Source of the DNA: Scyliorhinus canicula
Taxonomy: Eukaryota
Assembly (NCBI RefSeq): GCF_902713615.1
Contig: NC_052151.1
Location: forward strand, 89,921,304-89,985,303
DNA length: 64,000 nucleotides
Direction of reading: 5' to 3'
Below the pieces are notes generated by a model. It had not been told where the DNA came from, ran no database searches, and saw only the letters and a list, made by a program, of their open reading frames with translations. Below, piece by piece: positions 24,916 through 38,840 of the stretch; position 1 is the first letter of the stretch; every line of letters begins with the position of its first letter. A program made the translations under genes and the position numbers.

Positions 24916-26045
24916 TGGAGCCAGTGAAGCTGGCGATTATACTGATCACTTAGCTGGAGAAGCACAGACTCCAGCAGTGCAAACATGCTGCACCCAAGGA
25001 GGATCCAGTGCCAGGAAGTCTGGGGACTGCAGAGCAAGCCTCAAGGACCAGCTATCCATCAGGCTGAAGAAGGGACTCTAAGGCAACGAATAAGGAGATC
25101 AAGGGTGTGTAAGACCCAGGTGTCCTTCATGGACCTGCTGAAGAACAGGAGACTCCCATATCACAAAGGTGGTAGTGTGGCACCTGTGCCACCTTCTATC
25201 AAACCTTGCACCCTGTGGCTATGATGGTCACGGCAGCCCTAAATTTTTATGCCACTGGATCGTTCCACGGTTCAACGGGTGACCACTGTGGACTCTCATT
25301 GTCATTTGCACACAAATGCATCCACGAGGTGACGGATGTACTGTATGCCTGGGTCTCAGAATACGTTAACTTTGATCTTGATCAGGATGACAGGGCTATG
25401 GGATTTGTGTCCATTGCTGGTCCGTCACAGGTCCAAGGGGCCATCGATGGCACTCATGGCTATTCACTCACTGTGGCATCAGGGAGTCCCCTAGATAACC
25501 AAGGAAGGGCTTCCAGTCCCTTCATGTGCAGCTGGTGTGTGACCAGAGTATGAATGTGATGCATGTCTCTTCACACTTTCCAGGGATTATGCATGACAGT
25601 TTTGTCCTGGGGCAGCTGCAAAATCCCAGGGGTCACCCCAGGCTGTTGAGATGGCACATTGGAGACAAGGGATACCTGCTTAGATCTTGGTTGATGATGC
25701 CGGTGCAGAGGTCTAAGACCAAGGCAGAGTCCCATTGCAATGAGGCTCACAGTGCCACCCAGACTGTGGTAGAGCGATGCGTCGGCTTACTAAAGATACG
25801 ATTTCGCTACCTCGACAGGTCCGATGGGGTCCTTCAATACAGTTCCCAGAGGGCTCTCCTGCATTGTCGTTGTGTGCTGTGCCCTCCACAACTTAGTGCA
25901 GCAGCAGGGCAATGCACTGGAGGAAGACCAGGAGGAGCAGGACAGTTCCTCTGTTGAGGAGGTTGTCCAGAATGGACTGGAGGGAGAGCCCAAGGAGCAC
26001 CAGGAGGATGGACTCTTGCACACTGGCTCCTTGGTTCGTATCTGA
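24916..26045 (+). pseudogene. Degenerate PIF/Harbinger transposase (HARBI1-like, DDE_Tnp_4)
   Basis: VTAALNFYATGSF, VQGAIDGTH, VQLVCD, HDSFVL, GDKGYLL, VVERCVGLLKIRFRYL motifs, with frameshifts. Confidence 0.9.
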
Positions 26046-26308
26046 GTGAGGGTCGGAGCCACATCCCTTTGTTCCATTGCCCCAGAAGGGGAAAAGGGGC
26101 TAGGTCTAGGCTTCACTGAATATCGGCAGCGCCCTACCAGGATGTCTGTTACTGTCGGTTTGAGTGGACCTTAACGTTCATCTTGTATTGAGGATCTGTG
26201 GGAAAAGCAGTATAAGAATTGGTGAGTACCTATCCCAGTGGGAGAAGGGTCAATGACTGTGAGGCATGATGGTTGTGAACTACAATAGCTTTTAATAATG
26301 TGAGTAGT

Positions 26309-27359
26309 GATTGTGGCAAATTATTTTGAATCCTAACTACCTGTTTATTCCCTTATTTCCCCTTTTTTATTTTTGCCGTTACATTTTTGGTCCCTGGATG
26401 ATTTATGGACATATATCTTTAAGGCAGCCTGTATTTTTAATTCAAGCAGACGGAAGCAGTGGCCTGTGCCTTTAATTCAGGTTTCGATTGTTGATTGCAG
26501 GCTGACTGGTATCAGTGATGACTTGGTTTGATTGATTTGGCTGGTGGACCAATGAAATGGCTCAAAAGGCCGTGCTCTACCCAGTAACAGGTGGTGATTG
26601 TATCTGATCTCACTGGAATGTTTTCAGCGTCAGAAGGGTTCCAGTTTAATTTTGGTTTTGATTTGGGCAACCTGATGGAGGGATCTAACTAACTCCCTCC
26701 CAAAAGATCCAGCTAAACGCTCATCAGAGGGGCACTATGAGAGCTGACTGTCTCTCTAGCAGGTCTAGGTGCCGTTCTCCTGAGACTGTGGATGCCTGAA
26801 GTCGAACCATGAGCTGGAGGCAAGAGTTTGATGTGGAAGACCGTGTTTCTTCAGAACGATAATGGTCTAAAGTGAACCTCGAGCTGAAGGCCCTGTTTGA
26901 TAAGAACCAAAGTGTCTCTCCAGAAAGCCTGTGAGTACTAAACTACTAGGTCCCCAAATGAATGATTCTACAAGGAAGACCATTACTGGCTGCAAACCAG
27001 AGACTTTAATCAGCAAGCATGCTAAAGAACCACCATTTGAAGCAAAGGCTCTTATCTTTTGCCCCTTATCCTTCTTTCCACCCCTCTGTGTTTGTCTGTT
27101 TTATGTCTGTGGGTAGAGGGTAGGACATTAAAGTGGATAGTAGCTATTAATTTGTCATTAACCAGTTGTATTTACTGCATATTTCATGATAGTTCTTGGT
27201 ATAAATAAACAGTAATTGTGTTTCAACTTACAAACTTGGTGAGTCAAAGGCCAAAGACGTGTGGAATTTATATGAGAATTATTGTTTAATTCACTTTTGT
27301 TGTGACTACGGGGCACGTGGGGCTGGAATTGACCGCACACTTGCCCAGGGTGCCGTAAT
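26309..27359 (+). mobile_element. Probable solo LTR inserted in the Harbinger element
   Basis: About 1 kb with an AATAAA and an LTR-type end ...gggctggaattgaccgcacacttgcccagggtgccgtaa; TSD not evident. Confidence 0.55.
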
Positions 27360-27429
27360 GCTGCGCCTTACTTCACCCATACCCACTCTGTGCCCCTAAA
27401 ACTCATTCATCTTACGAGTCCTCCCACTT

Positions 27430-28615
27430 TGTCTTGGTGTGGCCCCAGGATGAACATTAGAAGTGGAGGCAGCCTGCTGTCTGGCATGCCTTTGGTGGGT
27501 GTTCTTTGGTGGACGTGTACCTGGAGCAATCCGGCTGTCTTTCAGGTGGTACAGGTGTAGTCGTGTCACCCAGTTCTGCCTGCTGTCCCTGAGGTGTTCC
27601 AGTGACAGGAAGGTGAGAGTCAGAAGGACTAATCACTGCCAGAGATTCTAAGGTGGAAGGCCCAGGGATGGGCTACAGCACTTTCCCCTCACTCGGGTGC
27701 TCATAGCCCCTGGGTTACTCCCTGGAACAGAGGGGCAGCTGGAGTGAGCTCCAGAAGCCTCAATGTCATCTGGAGGCAACCACTGTGTGAAGCATGCTTT
27801 TGAAGCCCTCAGCCATGGTTCTTACAGACTGAGCCAAGACTTGGAGTTCACCAGCCATGGCTCTGATGACATGACCCAGTTTTCCACAGCAGACACCACC
27901 CTTGCAATGTTGGTCTGGGTGCTACATAATGCCAGCAAGGTTTTTGGACTTCTCCAATCAGCCTAGCAGTTGCAGGAATGTCGCTGACAACCCCTCTTGG
28001 TATTCTCCGCTCTGCCTTTACATCTCTAGCAGCTGAGGGACGAACGCATCCAGAGTCACAGCATCTGGCTGGGGCCCAGCTGTGTCCTGGGATCCAGCAG
28101 ACCACTGATTGCCCGATCGCTGGAACTTTCCTGCGTCCACCTGATGTGCATCAGAAGCAGTGCGCTGCTCACCAGAAAGTGACCCTGAAACCTCCCTGCT
28201 AAGTTCACCCCTCTGCAAAGGTGGATGGTGCAGGCAATAGATGTGACACATCTTCGGTGTCCTCCTCCGTGATCTCCTCAGAGGTGCTGATGAGAGTTGA
28301 AGGGGGAGAATCATCTAATGGATGGTCCAGCTTCATCAATTGATGATCCTGCAAGGCAAGTAACATGGTTTTTGTAAATGACAGGGTCAAGGATTTGGGC
28401 ACTTTAAAGACTCACTTGAGACAGGTCACCTGGATGAACGTGGAGTGGCTCATCACTTTTCTGTCGCAGGCCTACTTCACTGTCGGTGCAGGCCTGATCT
28501 TGCTCATTCCCAGCGGGCTCCATTGCCTTTTGTTCGAATGGAGTAAAAAATCTCAACTCTGGTATATCCCCGTGTCTCCTCCCTCTCGTGCCTGTTGTGC
28601 GGTAATTCTACTGCA
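27430..28615 (-). pseudogene. Degenerate Harbinger Myb/SANT-like second gene (spliced), convergent with the transposase
   Basis: Minus strand HNRHEREETRG..PELRFFTPFEQKAME; minus-strand donor (actcac) and acceptor (ctgca) sites. Confidence 0.65.
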
Positions 28616-28779
28616 TGTGCACAAAAGGGGATATTGTAAGCCTGACGGGTCAGAGGTCAAGGACAACTGGAATGTGTGGGCACCATACCTAGGCAGAGAG
28701 GGGGGTTTTAAAGTATTTTTATTCCAATTTTCAACATTTTACAAAACTAAAACACACCCAACACATTAAAACCCCACCC

Positions 28780-28990
28780 AGGGTTAGCACTGGGGTGTAG
28801 TGGTTAGCACTGCTTCCTCACGGAGCCGAGGATCTGGGGTTGATCTCGGCCCCGGGTCACTGTCCGTGTGGTGTTTGCACATTCCTATTTTGCGTGGGTT
28901 TCACCCCCACAGCTCAAAAGATGTGCAGAGTAGGTGGGTTGGCCATGCTGAATTGCCCCTTAATTGGAAAAAAACAATTGGGTATTCAAA
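28780..28990 (+). mobile_element. HE1-type SINE
   Basis: HE1 body; a further truncated minus copy lies at 29225-29350. Confidence 0.8.
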
Positions 28991-29374
28991 ACGACTCAGT
29001 TATCTCAAGTTCTGACTCAGCTGCTGGGGTGAGAACCACATTCGACAGTCGCTTCACATTGGACGACAATTTCTGGCCCTTTACAAACCTCATCTGGTCG
29101 TCCCCAATTTCCTCTGGGAGACAGGACTCCAACCTAGAATCCTGGCCAATAGCTTTACATCTACATTAAGCAATGAAATCGGGCATTGCGACCCGCATTC
29201 TGTGGGATCCTTATGACCTTTTCTTTTTTCTTATAAATTTAGAGTACCCAATTATTTTTTTCCATTTAAGGGGCAATTTAGTGGCCTAACCTGCACATCT
29301 TTGGGTTATGGGGGTGAAACACAGATATGGGAAGAATGTGCAAACTCTGCATCATTATCCTTTTTCAGAAGAGT

Positions 29375-30350
29375 GATGGGTGCCTGCTCAAGCTTCTCGG
29401 GGAGGGAGCCCTGTGCCACAGAGTTATTAAACATCTCCATCAATAACGAAACCAACTGATCTGCAAACTATTGTAGAATTCCTATGGGAACACATCTGAC
29501 ACAGTGCCTCCCTGTCCGTATCTGACCCAATGCTGTTCGAACCTCCTCCAAATTCAGTGGTGCATCCAGCCCATCCCGCAATTCCCCTCCCACCTTGGGG
29601 ATCTCTAAGCCCTCTTAAAAACTGTGCCATTCATAACTTGCCCTCTGGCGGCTCCGATCAATAAAGCCTCTCATAAAAGGCTCAATGCCCCATTCATCAG
29701 CCTGTCTCGCAAATCCCTAACATGGATGGTCTCCCTAGAGGCCACCTGCTGCCTCAGTTGGTGACCCAAGAAACGGCTGGCCTTCTCCCCATACTCATAG
29801 GCCACATCCCTCCTTAAACTCCTCAGCTGGTGCACCGCCCTATTAGGAGACAGCAGGTCAAACTGCATTTGCAGCTTTTTTCCTGTATTCTAAAAGTTCC
29901 AGAGTAGGGTCACTCGCATACCCACGGTCCACTCCCAGGACCTCGTCCATTAACTTCAGGTGCTCCTTCCTAGCCTCCCCATCCCTGTGTGCCTTATACA
30001 ATATGATCTTCCCTATAATCACCATCTTCAATGCCCCCCACAGAGTAGAAGACAAAACCATCCCATTCTCGTTGAACTCCATGCATTCGCCTATGTCTCT
30101 CTCAACCCGCCCACAAAACCCCACATCCGGCAAAAGCCCTACCTCCATTGAGGCATTGACCATTGCCCTGATGGTCACAAAAGCCCGACATTCATTCTGT
30201 GCATTGTGTCCAGCCCGCCTCCAACACCAGGAGAGAAATGTGGAGCATGGCCAAGGATAACGACAGCCGAATATTCCACCTTGCTGACCCAGGAGAGAAG
30301 AATCCTAGCCATAATAAAGTAGTCTATCCTCAAGTACACCTTATGATGGA
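29375..30350 (-). mobile_element. L1-clade ORF2 fragment
   Basis: LWGALKMVIIGKII and YEYGEKASRFLGHQLR motifs; endonuclease RIDYF at about 30325. Confidence 0.8.
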
Positions 30351-30432
30351 TGTGTATGTTTATGCAGTGACTGGGTAGAGGATGCAGATAAGGAAATTCC
30401 CTGATTGAACCCAGGTCTATGCTGAGTTACCT

Positions 30433-30629
30433 GGGGTGGAATTCTCTGGTTCCCCAGCCACATTTCTCGGTGGTGAGCTATTTGCTGGCAGCTTGATTCT
30501 ATACTCCCTCCACTTGTCAATGGGATTTCCCATTGAAGCCACTCCAGCTACTGGGTAACCCACAAGTTGAGGGAGGGGGGGCCTTGCTGGCGGGAAAAGT
30601 GAATCGAAACTACTGGAGAATTCTGGCCC
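30433..30629. mobile_element. Short Harbinger MITE
   Basis: TIRs ggggtggaattctct / ggagaattctggccc. Confidence 0.7.
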
Positions 30630-31239
30630 TGATCCCAGGCATGTAGTTTCCTGAGTCTTTAGTTGGTTTTATTACCCCCTCAATGTGGGGGAAAGAGAGC
30701 ATTGGAAAACGTTGCTATTTCTGATATTGTGGGCACGGGATAAAAGGTATAAGTAGGCTCAACTGTGATGCCCCGATAGCTAAGAAAACTGTCAAAACAC
30801 AAATCAGTGATGATCACCTGGGCAAGATACCAGAGGATGGAAATCGTATTTGAGAAGGGAGGAAAAGGGAGAGATGTCATAAGGGACAGGCATTTTCCTG
30901 GTGCAATTCTGAATCCTGCCAGCAGATAGTGCTATTGCACTATTAATAACAATCCGTGAACTTCTTCCAGACAGTGTGAGAGCACCTTAGCTCCTAGTCC
31001 TACTTTACTAAAGGGAGAATCACTTACTCTGGCTGTGCACACGGAAGGTATCAAATGAATAGCTGTGTCCAAACAATATGTGCCCACTTCTCCAATCTGA
31101 GAGGATTATTTTAGTTATTTAATGGACTATCTATCTTTCCACTCCCACGTGTGATAAAACTGTGAGCTGGACAATACGACGTTTGTGACGATGTTACCAG
31201 ACTGTACTGTGATTGTCGCATTGGAGTAATATTTCAGTG

Positions 31240-31560
31240 AATCATGAGTCAAACTGTAGAAAAGGAGGCATTTGGTCCATCATGCAAGTGCCTGCTATTT
31301 GAATGAGCTTTCCAATTAGTCGCACTCCACTGCGATTTCTTCCTTCTGAGAATGTATCCAATTCCCTTTTTATTAGCTACAGTTAAATTTGCTTCGACTA
31401 CCCTCCGTGACAGATTCCCTGATTTCCGATCATAACAATGTGCATTACAAATCAAATTTTCTTCAATCTCCTCTCTGGTTCTTTTGCCAATGACCACAAA
31501 CCAGTGTCCTCTGGTTACAGACCAAAACAGCTTTCCCCTCGGCACTGTATCAAAACCCCT
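31240..31560 (-). mobile_element. CR1 LINE 3' fragment
   Basis: KLF..VTRGH...LSRRVVEA motifs. Confidence 0.65.
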
Positions 31561-31894
31561 CCTGGCCTGAAGGTGGAGGAAGGGAAATAATCCTATGGGG
31601 CTCCTCTGCTAAACTTGAAGTTGCCTCCACAATTGTTCCTCCACATTTCACTTGACTCGGGCACACTGCAATTAAACAAACAGCAGGCGGCATATGCTGA
31701 TAAAAGTCTTTCCGATAAGGTCAGTGTAGTAGTAGTGTGTTTTCAAATTGCCCAGGAAGTTAAAGCTTCCAATACACACAGGGCACCCCCACCTCTCCTG
31801 CCAAATGATATAACCCCCTTCCTTCCTGACTTTTCAGCAAATTTGTTAAAAAGAATGGCCTTCTCATCTGCCTTCCATTACCTCGCATATTATG

Positions 31895-32118
31895 GTAGTA
31901 AAAGTCATCAGAGTCCCCAGGTGACCATAGGCTGCATTTCCCCTTTAATGGGAAGAGCTGACTGCTGGTGATTTAACCTGAGGATCACCACACCTCAGGT
32001 GAGGGGAAAGATTGAGAAGGTGGGGCCTTCATGAATAATCTCAGCTGATACAGGAATTGAACCTGGCTGCTGGCCTTGCTCTGCATCATAAACCAGCTAT
32101 CTAGCCAAACGAGCCCCA
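31895..32118 (-). mobile_element. Third tRNA-derived SINE family
   Basis: Minus-strand head gctcgtttggctaga...ggttcaattcct with a cctgaggtgtggtgatcctcagg hairpin. Confidence 0.65.
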
Positions 32119-33865
32119 GGTTATAGTAGTAGAGGCTTATTGAGTTCATTAAGTGGGCAATCATTTGCCACTTAAGTGCCAACATTGCCAGACACAGGTG
32201 GCCTAGTTGGTGCTTTACTCACTGATTCATTCCGCACCCTATTTTATAGGTTGCGTGTAGGCGGGAAGCCAGTGAAAACTTTGTGGAGGAGCCATAAAAC
32301 CCAGCCCAAAAGACCTTTAAACCTACCAGGCAAAATGCAGCAGCTAGTACCGTAAAAAGGCAAGTGTCTTGTCTCTACTGTGCACTGATGGACATTGCAC
32401 TACGCGTTTCTTTGGCAGTTGGGATCGGACGGTTAGGTCGAGAGAACATTCACGCACAGCAGTCCCATTACTCGGAGAATTATTGCCAATGGATCAGAAC
32501 TTCCTTGGAGCAACAATCAGGCTAGGGAGAAGATAAGTGAATGGAGTTTGGGGAGTGGGGGTTCAGACATGCTGAGGGTGGGTGGGGGGGGGGGGGGGCG
32601 GCTAGGTCAGATATCAGAGGCATGGAGTGCTGGACGTGGGTGGCTGGGGTGTCGGGCATCAGGGGTTAGAGGGTCAAACATTGGAATGGTTTTGGCGCGT
32701 AAGGGCGAGGAGGCGGTTGGTTGGTGGTCCAGTTGGACCAGGTCAGGTTGGGGAGGTAATCTAACTGGGCCAGATCGGGTAATTTTTCAGGGTGGAGGGG
32801 AAGTTGGGTTGGGTCAAAGGATGGGGTGGGGGGAAGTGGGAGTTCCATATGGTTCTGGTTGGGGGCCAGAGGTCAGGGCAGAAAGGTAAGCTGATGGGGT
32901 CCAGACGGGTCCCACAAATCAGATTCTAGGGAGCCCGGAAGGTACAGGCCAATTTGTCTTTTTTTTCAATAAAGTGTCTCATAATAGTCAGCTGGGTAAT
33001 AATAAGAATAACAAGGAGTGATGAACAGATTGTTGGTAACTGAATAATTTTCCCCTTTGTCAAGGTGACCTTCATACTGACACTTGGGAGTGTGCTCAGG
33101 CCTCTCCCGATTCATTTTAAAAGAAAAAGTAAGTAACATATTTTGCTGCTTTTAATTGAATTGCTGGGGTATGTGTGTGTGTGTCTGGCGCTTGGGGGGG
33201 CGCTGGGGTGGGGGTGGGGGAGGTGGGGGGGGGGGGGCAGTGGTACTAGGGCAACCGTCAGGTTCATGCTTATGTTAGACTAAGATTATTTTAACTCTCA
33301 AACGTCATTTCAGTAAGCCAGACCTTGATTTACACCCAAATCCAACATCAGTTATTTCGCAGCGGTGGGTGGGAGCAGTGAATTCAGCAGAAAGCAACTG
33401 CCATAAGATGGCCCCTTGAGAAGGTAAGTTTAATAGGAAGAGGTGAAAATCCAGGTTGCAAGTGGCCAGAACCTCCCGGAAGAGCACTCCTCCTTCTCTT
33501 GGAACACAAGGAAACCAATATTATAATAATATACTTATCTTCTCAGACCACCTCTGGACTTGCTCCTGCTCAGCAGTGGGTTTTTTAGGTGCGCTTGACA
33601 CCAGACGCTGACGTTGCAACACAAAATTAAAATAGCATTGGACCCCAACATTAAAGTCAGAATAATGCTCTCGGCTCTCTGGAGTAATGGCTTTACCAGC
33701 TAACGTCTTTTGTGGTGCAAGGTTGACACAAAACATTGGAGTACAAAGGCATTTAGGATTTCTACACTCAGAGGGGTGATGAACCGATGGAATTCTCCAC
33801 CACAAAGGCTGTGGAGGTCAAATCACTGAATGTATTTAAGAAGCAAATATTTGATTTTGATTTTT

Positions 33866-34478
33866 TAATTTGATTTGATTTATTGTCACATGTACGAAGT
33901 GCAGTGAAAAGTATTTTTCTGCGACCAAGGGAACGTACATAGTAGACAAAAAAAGAATAATTGACAGAGAACATTGACAAATGTACATCGGCAAACAGTG
34001 ATTGGTTACAGTGCAGAACAAGGAGCCAAACAAAGCAAATACATGAGTAAAAGCAGCATAGGGTATCATGAATAGTATTCTTGCAGGGAACAGATCAATC
34101 CGAGGGAGAATCATTGAGGAGTCTAGTAGCTGTGCGGAAGAAGCTGTTCCTATGTCTGGATGTGCGGGTCTTCAGACTTCTAATAATAATAACAGCGTCA
34201 ATGAACTTACTGTGCAAAGTCCCCAGTCGCCACATTCCGGCGCCTGCTCGGGGAGGCTGGAACGGGAATTGAACCCGTGCTGCTGTTCTTGTACTGCACT
34301 ACCAGCCAGCTGTCTTAGCCCACTGTGCTAAACCAGCCCCAGGTCTGTATCTTCTGCCTGATGGAAGGGTCTGGAAGAAGGCAAAGCCTGGTTGGGAGGG
34401 GTCTCTGATAATGCTGTCTGCCTTCCCAAGGCAGCGGGAGGTGTATACAGAATCAATGTGAGGGTGGCAAGCTTGTGA
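33866..34478 (-). mobile_element. Rex1/Babar-type LINE 3' fragment with nested SINE (34180-34340)
   Basis: Ends in gtgacaataaatcaaatcaaa; embedded in a CR1 fragment (33765-34625). Confidence 0.7.
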
Positions 34479-34634
34479 TTTAGATAGATAGCTTTCTAGA
34501 TAGATATCCAGACTCTAATACTGTAGTTCCAAGGGGCATGGTACAGCACGAAAGTGTGGTGTTAAGATCGATGATCAGCCTTGATCATGTTGAATGGTGG
34601 AACAGGCTCAAAGGGTCAAAAGCTCTAATTTTCT

Positions 34635-34828
34635 TTTAAATATAAATTTAGAGTACCCAATTCTTTTTTTTCCCAATTAAGTGGCAATACAGCATGGTCA
34701 ACCCACCCACTTTGCACATCTTTTTGGGTTGTGGGGTAGATCCACGAAGAAATAGGCAGAAGGTGCAAACTCCACACAGACAGTGACCCGGGATGACAGC
34801 TATGCTAACCACTGCGCCACCATGCCGC
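34635..34828 (-). mobile_element. HE1-type SINE
   Basis: Reverse HE1. Confidence 0.8.
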
Positions 34829-34960
34829 CTTCGAAGTTAATAACATTACAGTCCAGCTCTAGGCAATTAAAATTCAACTTCTTTAATTTGTTACTTATGC
34901 AGGGGATACAAGTTCAAGAATATCCTAAAGCTTGCTACTGTGTAATTTTTATAAAAGTAA

Positions 34961-35306
34961 GGGTCAAAATTCTCCTGCCCTTGTGATTTAGCTGGCTTGG
35001 AATGCAGAACAAGGCCAGCAGCGCGGTTTCAATTCCTGTACCGGCCACCCAGAACAGGCACCGGAATGTGGCGACAAGGAGCTTCAGTAACTTCATTGAA
35101 GCCTACTTGTGACAATAAGCGATTATTATTATTATTATTTACTTTTCCCTGCCAGCACCGTACCCTCACCCGTGGGTTTCCCGGCGGCGTGGGGTGGGTT
35201 CAATGGGAAATCCCATTGACAAACGCCGGGAAGGCAGAATCCCGTCATCAGTGAATCGTGTGTCACCGACAAACACGCGGCTGGGGGAACTGGAGAATCC
35301 AGCCCA
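34961..35306. mobile_element. Harbinger MITE with nested SINE (34985-35140)
   Basis: gggtcaaaattctcc / ggagaatccagccc termini. Confidence 0.65.
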
Positions 35307-36639
35307 AGATCGAATAATATATGAGGTTCAAATCTTCCTTATTTCATTTCATCAATGCAGAAATGTGCCGTCTTGCATTGATTGAAAAGTATGTTGAGCA
35401 TATCACAAGTCAAATTTCACTCTCTTTTAAAAATACGCTTCTAACTTGCAGCTATCCATTAACTATGCCATGTGATGTTACAGCCTGAGCAATTTGAAGG
35501 CCTTGCTTGAAGTTCAATTGGACCTGTACCAGTCACATCACAAGACAGTTCTCCCATTATTACAGGAGTGATCATTTGGACTAAAGTTAGTTACTTATGA
35601 AAACATTTATGAAAAGTTGCAACTATGACAAAAACATCATTAAAACTGTACGTTCTGCAAATGGTTTTCTATCTAAAACAACCAGAGCACTGAGAAAGAA
35701 AGTTATTAACTGTAATTGGCAATGCTCTGAAATTATGTGCGAAACGTGTGAAAATATATATTTTTTGGCAAGACCATTGTCCTGATTTAATTTTACTTGG
35801 ATAATTTGTATCTCTGTTAAAATTATCATGGCCAGTGCAAGCATGAAGATATTACAAATTTTTAAACTATATATTTTTGGAATTGACCCAATAGTTTTTA
35901 GGATGGTTGACAACATACCGTGTGACATTGATATTGTTAACTCTCGGCAGAACTGAAACTCAAGCAAATAGCTCATTAAAGTATGAAAAATCACAGTCAC
36001 TTGTGAAACTCACAAGTCCTTTTTATTAAGAATGAACTGCAAATGGAACAAAACTGCAAATGGAACAAAACTATCAAATATCAACCAACTTGTTGTCCTG
36101 GACCATAGAGCCATTGAAACATTGTCCTATTCAAGAAAGGCATGCAAAGGTTGATTTGAATTGAATGAGTCACACAGTTAAAATGACCCTTGGCTGTCTC
36201 AAAAATTCTCAACATGTGAAAAGCTAAAACACAAGATGCGAAGAGAAACACCCTAGTGCCATTTCTTGAGGAAGGACTTTGAACTTATAATAGGTCACAT
36301 GATTTAAGGCAGCCCTGTTTGTCACCTGCTCTTTCTAAAGATAAGAACAGAAGCAGCTCAAATCAGGAACATCCAACTGAAAAGCCATCAAACCAGCTGC
36401 AAGACAATGGAGCCAGGATAAAACAGCTATACCTTAACAGTGAGAAGGAATTCACCCCTCCCCCAACAACTTGATCCAGTTGCAAGTTTGCCTGAGGTCA
36501 GCCTCCTGGGGATTCAACTGCAGCTTATTGTGATTCCTTTGTTTATTAAGACCTCAGCTCCAACTAAGTATCAATTTAACTGAGAAACTACAGGCCTGCT
36601 ATGAAAGAGATTGAAATCATTCCAAATTGTAATTGTATT

Positions 36640-38840
36640 TGTGGTAGCATGGCCGCTTTAAGGGGTGGCCTTTCGTGGTGCATGTGACCCACTCAGGCTG
36701 TCATGTGGGAGCGTGTGAACCCCAACCAATGGGGGGAAAGTGTAAGGCCCTGTGAGCAGGGGGTGGGATAGTCTGGACCTGAGAATCAAGGACTGAAGAC
36801 ATGTATGATATACCTCTGTGCCTGTATATAATTGGACATCATTGTTGTTCCCAATAAGCCTCTTTGTTATATAAGAAGACTTCTCAGTAATACCTCGCAC
36901 TACTACATTGGGAACAAGAGTAAATCGGACAATGGTAACAAGTCTCCAAATTCATGGAGGAAGGGACTGTATCGGAAATCTCCTCGAAACAGAATGGACG
37001 AGGTCAGCAAAAAAAAACAGAGCGAGAAATAATACCTATGATCGGAAAACTTGATCTATTCGACCAGGGGGCCGAAGACTCGAGCCAGTGCATTGAAAGG
37101 TTCTGGTACCTTTTTACCGCCAATGATATCATGGAGGAAGATAAGCAAAATATCATTTATTTAACGGTTGTGGGCCCCAGGCATACAACCACAATAGGAA
37201 TTTAACACCCCCAAAGGCTCCAGGCATAAAATCTTTTGACAGCTGGTGACACTTATGAAAGAGCACTTCATTCCCAGACCCTCCATTGTCGGTATGCACA
37301 TCACCAACAATCTGTCCTGGTCCACCCATATTGACACTATGACCAAGAAAGCAGAACAACGCCTATACTTTCTCAGTAAACTAAATAAATTTGAGATGTC
37401 CAGATTAACACTTACCAACTTTTACAGAGGCATCACAGAAAGCATCCTATCTGGCTGCATCACAGCTTGGTATGGTAGCTGGTGGGCCCAAGACCATAAG
37501 GAACTACAGAGAGTCGGGAACACCACTCAGTCCATCACACAAACCCGCCTCCCATCCATTGACTCTGTCTACACCTCCCGCTGCCTTGCAAAAGTGGGCA
37601 GCATAATCAAAGACCCCCTTCCACCCGGCTTATTCATTCTTCCAACTTTTTCCATTGGGCAGGAGGTACAAAAGTCTGAGAACAAGCACGAACAGATTCA
37701 AACAAGTTTTTGCACGCTGTTACCAGACTCCTTAACAACAGTTTTAAGGACTGATCTGATCTCTTCACACATCTTCTCTACTGAGTAATAATACATTTCT
37801 GTATGCTTCACCCGATGCCTGTATTTAGGTATTTATATTGTGTATTTTATGTTTGCCCTATGTGTTTTCTTTTCATGTATGGAATGGTCTGTCTGAGCTG
37901 CACGCAGAACAATACTTTTCACCATACCTCGGTACACGTGACAATAAACAAATCCAATACTGCAGCAGCATACGTTTATTTAGCCATCAGGGACCCAGGG
38001 GAGACAATTTTGTTTTTTGTTGCCAAACTGAACACTGCAGCACGGTGCTAAGCGACATGTTGTGCGACCGCCTTGTAAGCAGCATCAACAATATCAATGT
38101 ACAAAGAAAATTATTAGTCAAAATGAAAATATTCCTGGACAAAGCAATAGAGATAACTCAAGCCACTGAATGAAGGAATGAGTGAGGAAGGTGAAGTAAC
38201 TCAGCTTTGGAGTTGAACAGATGCCAGGCAAGTACCCTGAGCAACAGGCACAAAGGAGGCTGAACAGAGATCCCAGGAGCAGGATCGTGGACAGAGGCAA
38301 GAAAGAAAAGTGAACCATCAGCCCAGGAATTTTGATGAGTGTTACAGATGTGGGGGAGATCATCCCCAAGAGATATGCCATTGCAGAGATTTTGTGTAGT
38401 TCAAGTGCAATAGAAAGGGCCACATACACGGATGTTGCTCGGCCAGACAGGGCATGTTCGATTTTTTTAAAAACACATCATGACTCCAGTACATATATAG
38501 TAGTGAAAAATCCTGAAGAGAAATCAGAGATTTACAGGTTAAATATGGTTAAAGTAAGCAAGGTGGTTCTCATAGAAATAGTTCTTATAGTCAACTGGCG
38601 ACCAGTAAGCTTGAAGGTTGACACAGGGGCGTCGGTCACAGTGAACTAACTTACAAGTACCTTCAAAGAGGAGTCAAACACCTGAATCTAAACAGCATGA
38701 ATGCTCAATTGGGAACCTATACAGGGGAAACCTTAAAGATTTTGGGTACCATGGGGACACCAGTGTCGTATTAACATAGTTTGCTCAATTACCCATGGCC
38801 GCTGTGGAAGGACAAGGGCCAAGCCTCATGGGGCAAGAGT
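36640..38840 (+). mobile_element. Gypsy LTR retrotransposon 5' half (LTR 36640-36907, gag, protease)
   Basis: LTR TGTGGTAG...CTACTACA followed by a ttgg primer-binding-site remnant; gag PMIGKLDLFD...IERF; LCDRLVSSI; protease VNWRPVSLKVDTGASV. Confidence 0.85.
37290..37958 (+). mobile_element. Rex1/Babar LINE 3' end inserted into Gypsy gag
   Basis: GMHITNNLSWSTHI...KKAEQRLYFL...TNFYRGITESILSGCITAWYG (DUF1891-like); tail gtgacaataaacaaatcc. Confidence 0.85.

Noticed and set aside
24916-26045. Domesticated host HARBI1 gene
   Set aside because: Multiple frameshifts, a neighbouring Myb-like remnant and an LTR insertion indicate a dead transposon.
37246-37788. 180-aa ORF as a host gene
   Set aside because: Chance in-frame fusion of Gypsy gag with a Rex1/Babar LINE C-terminus.
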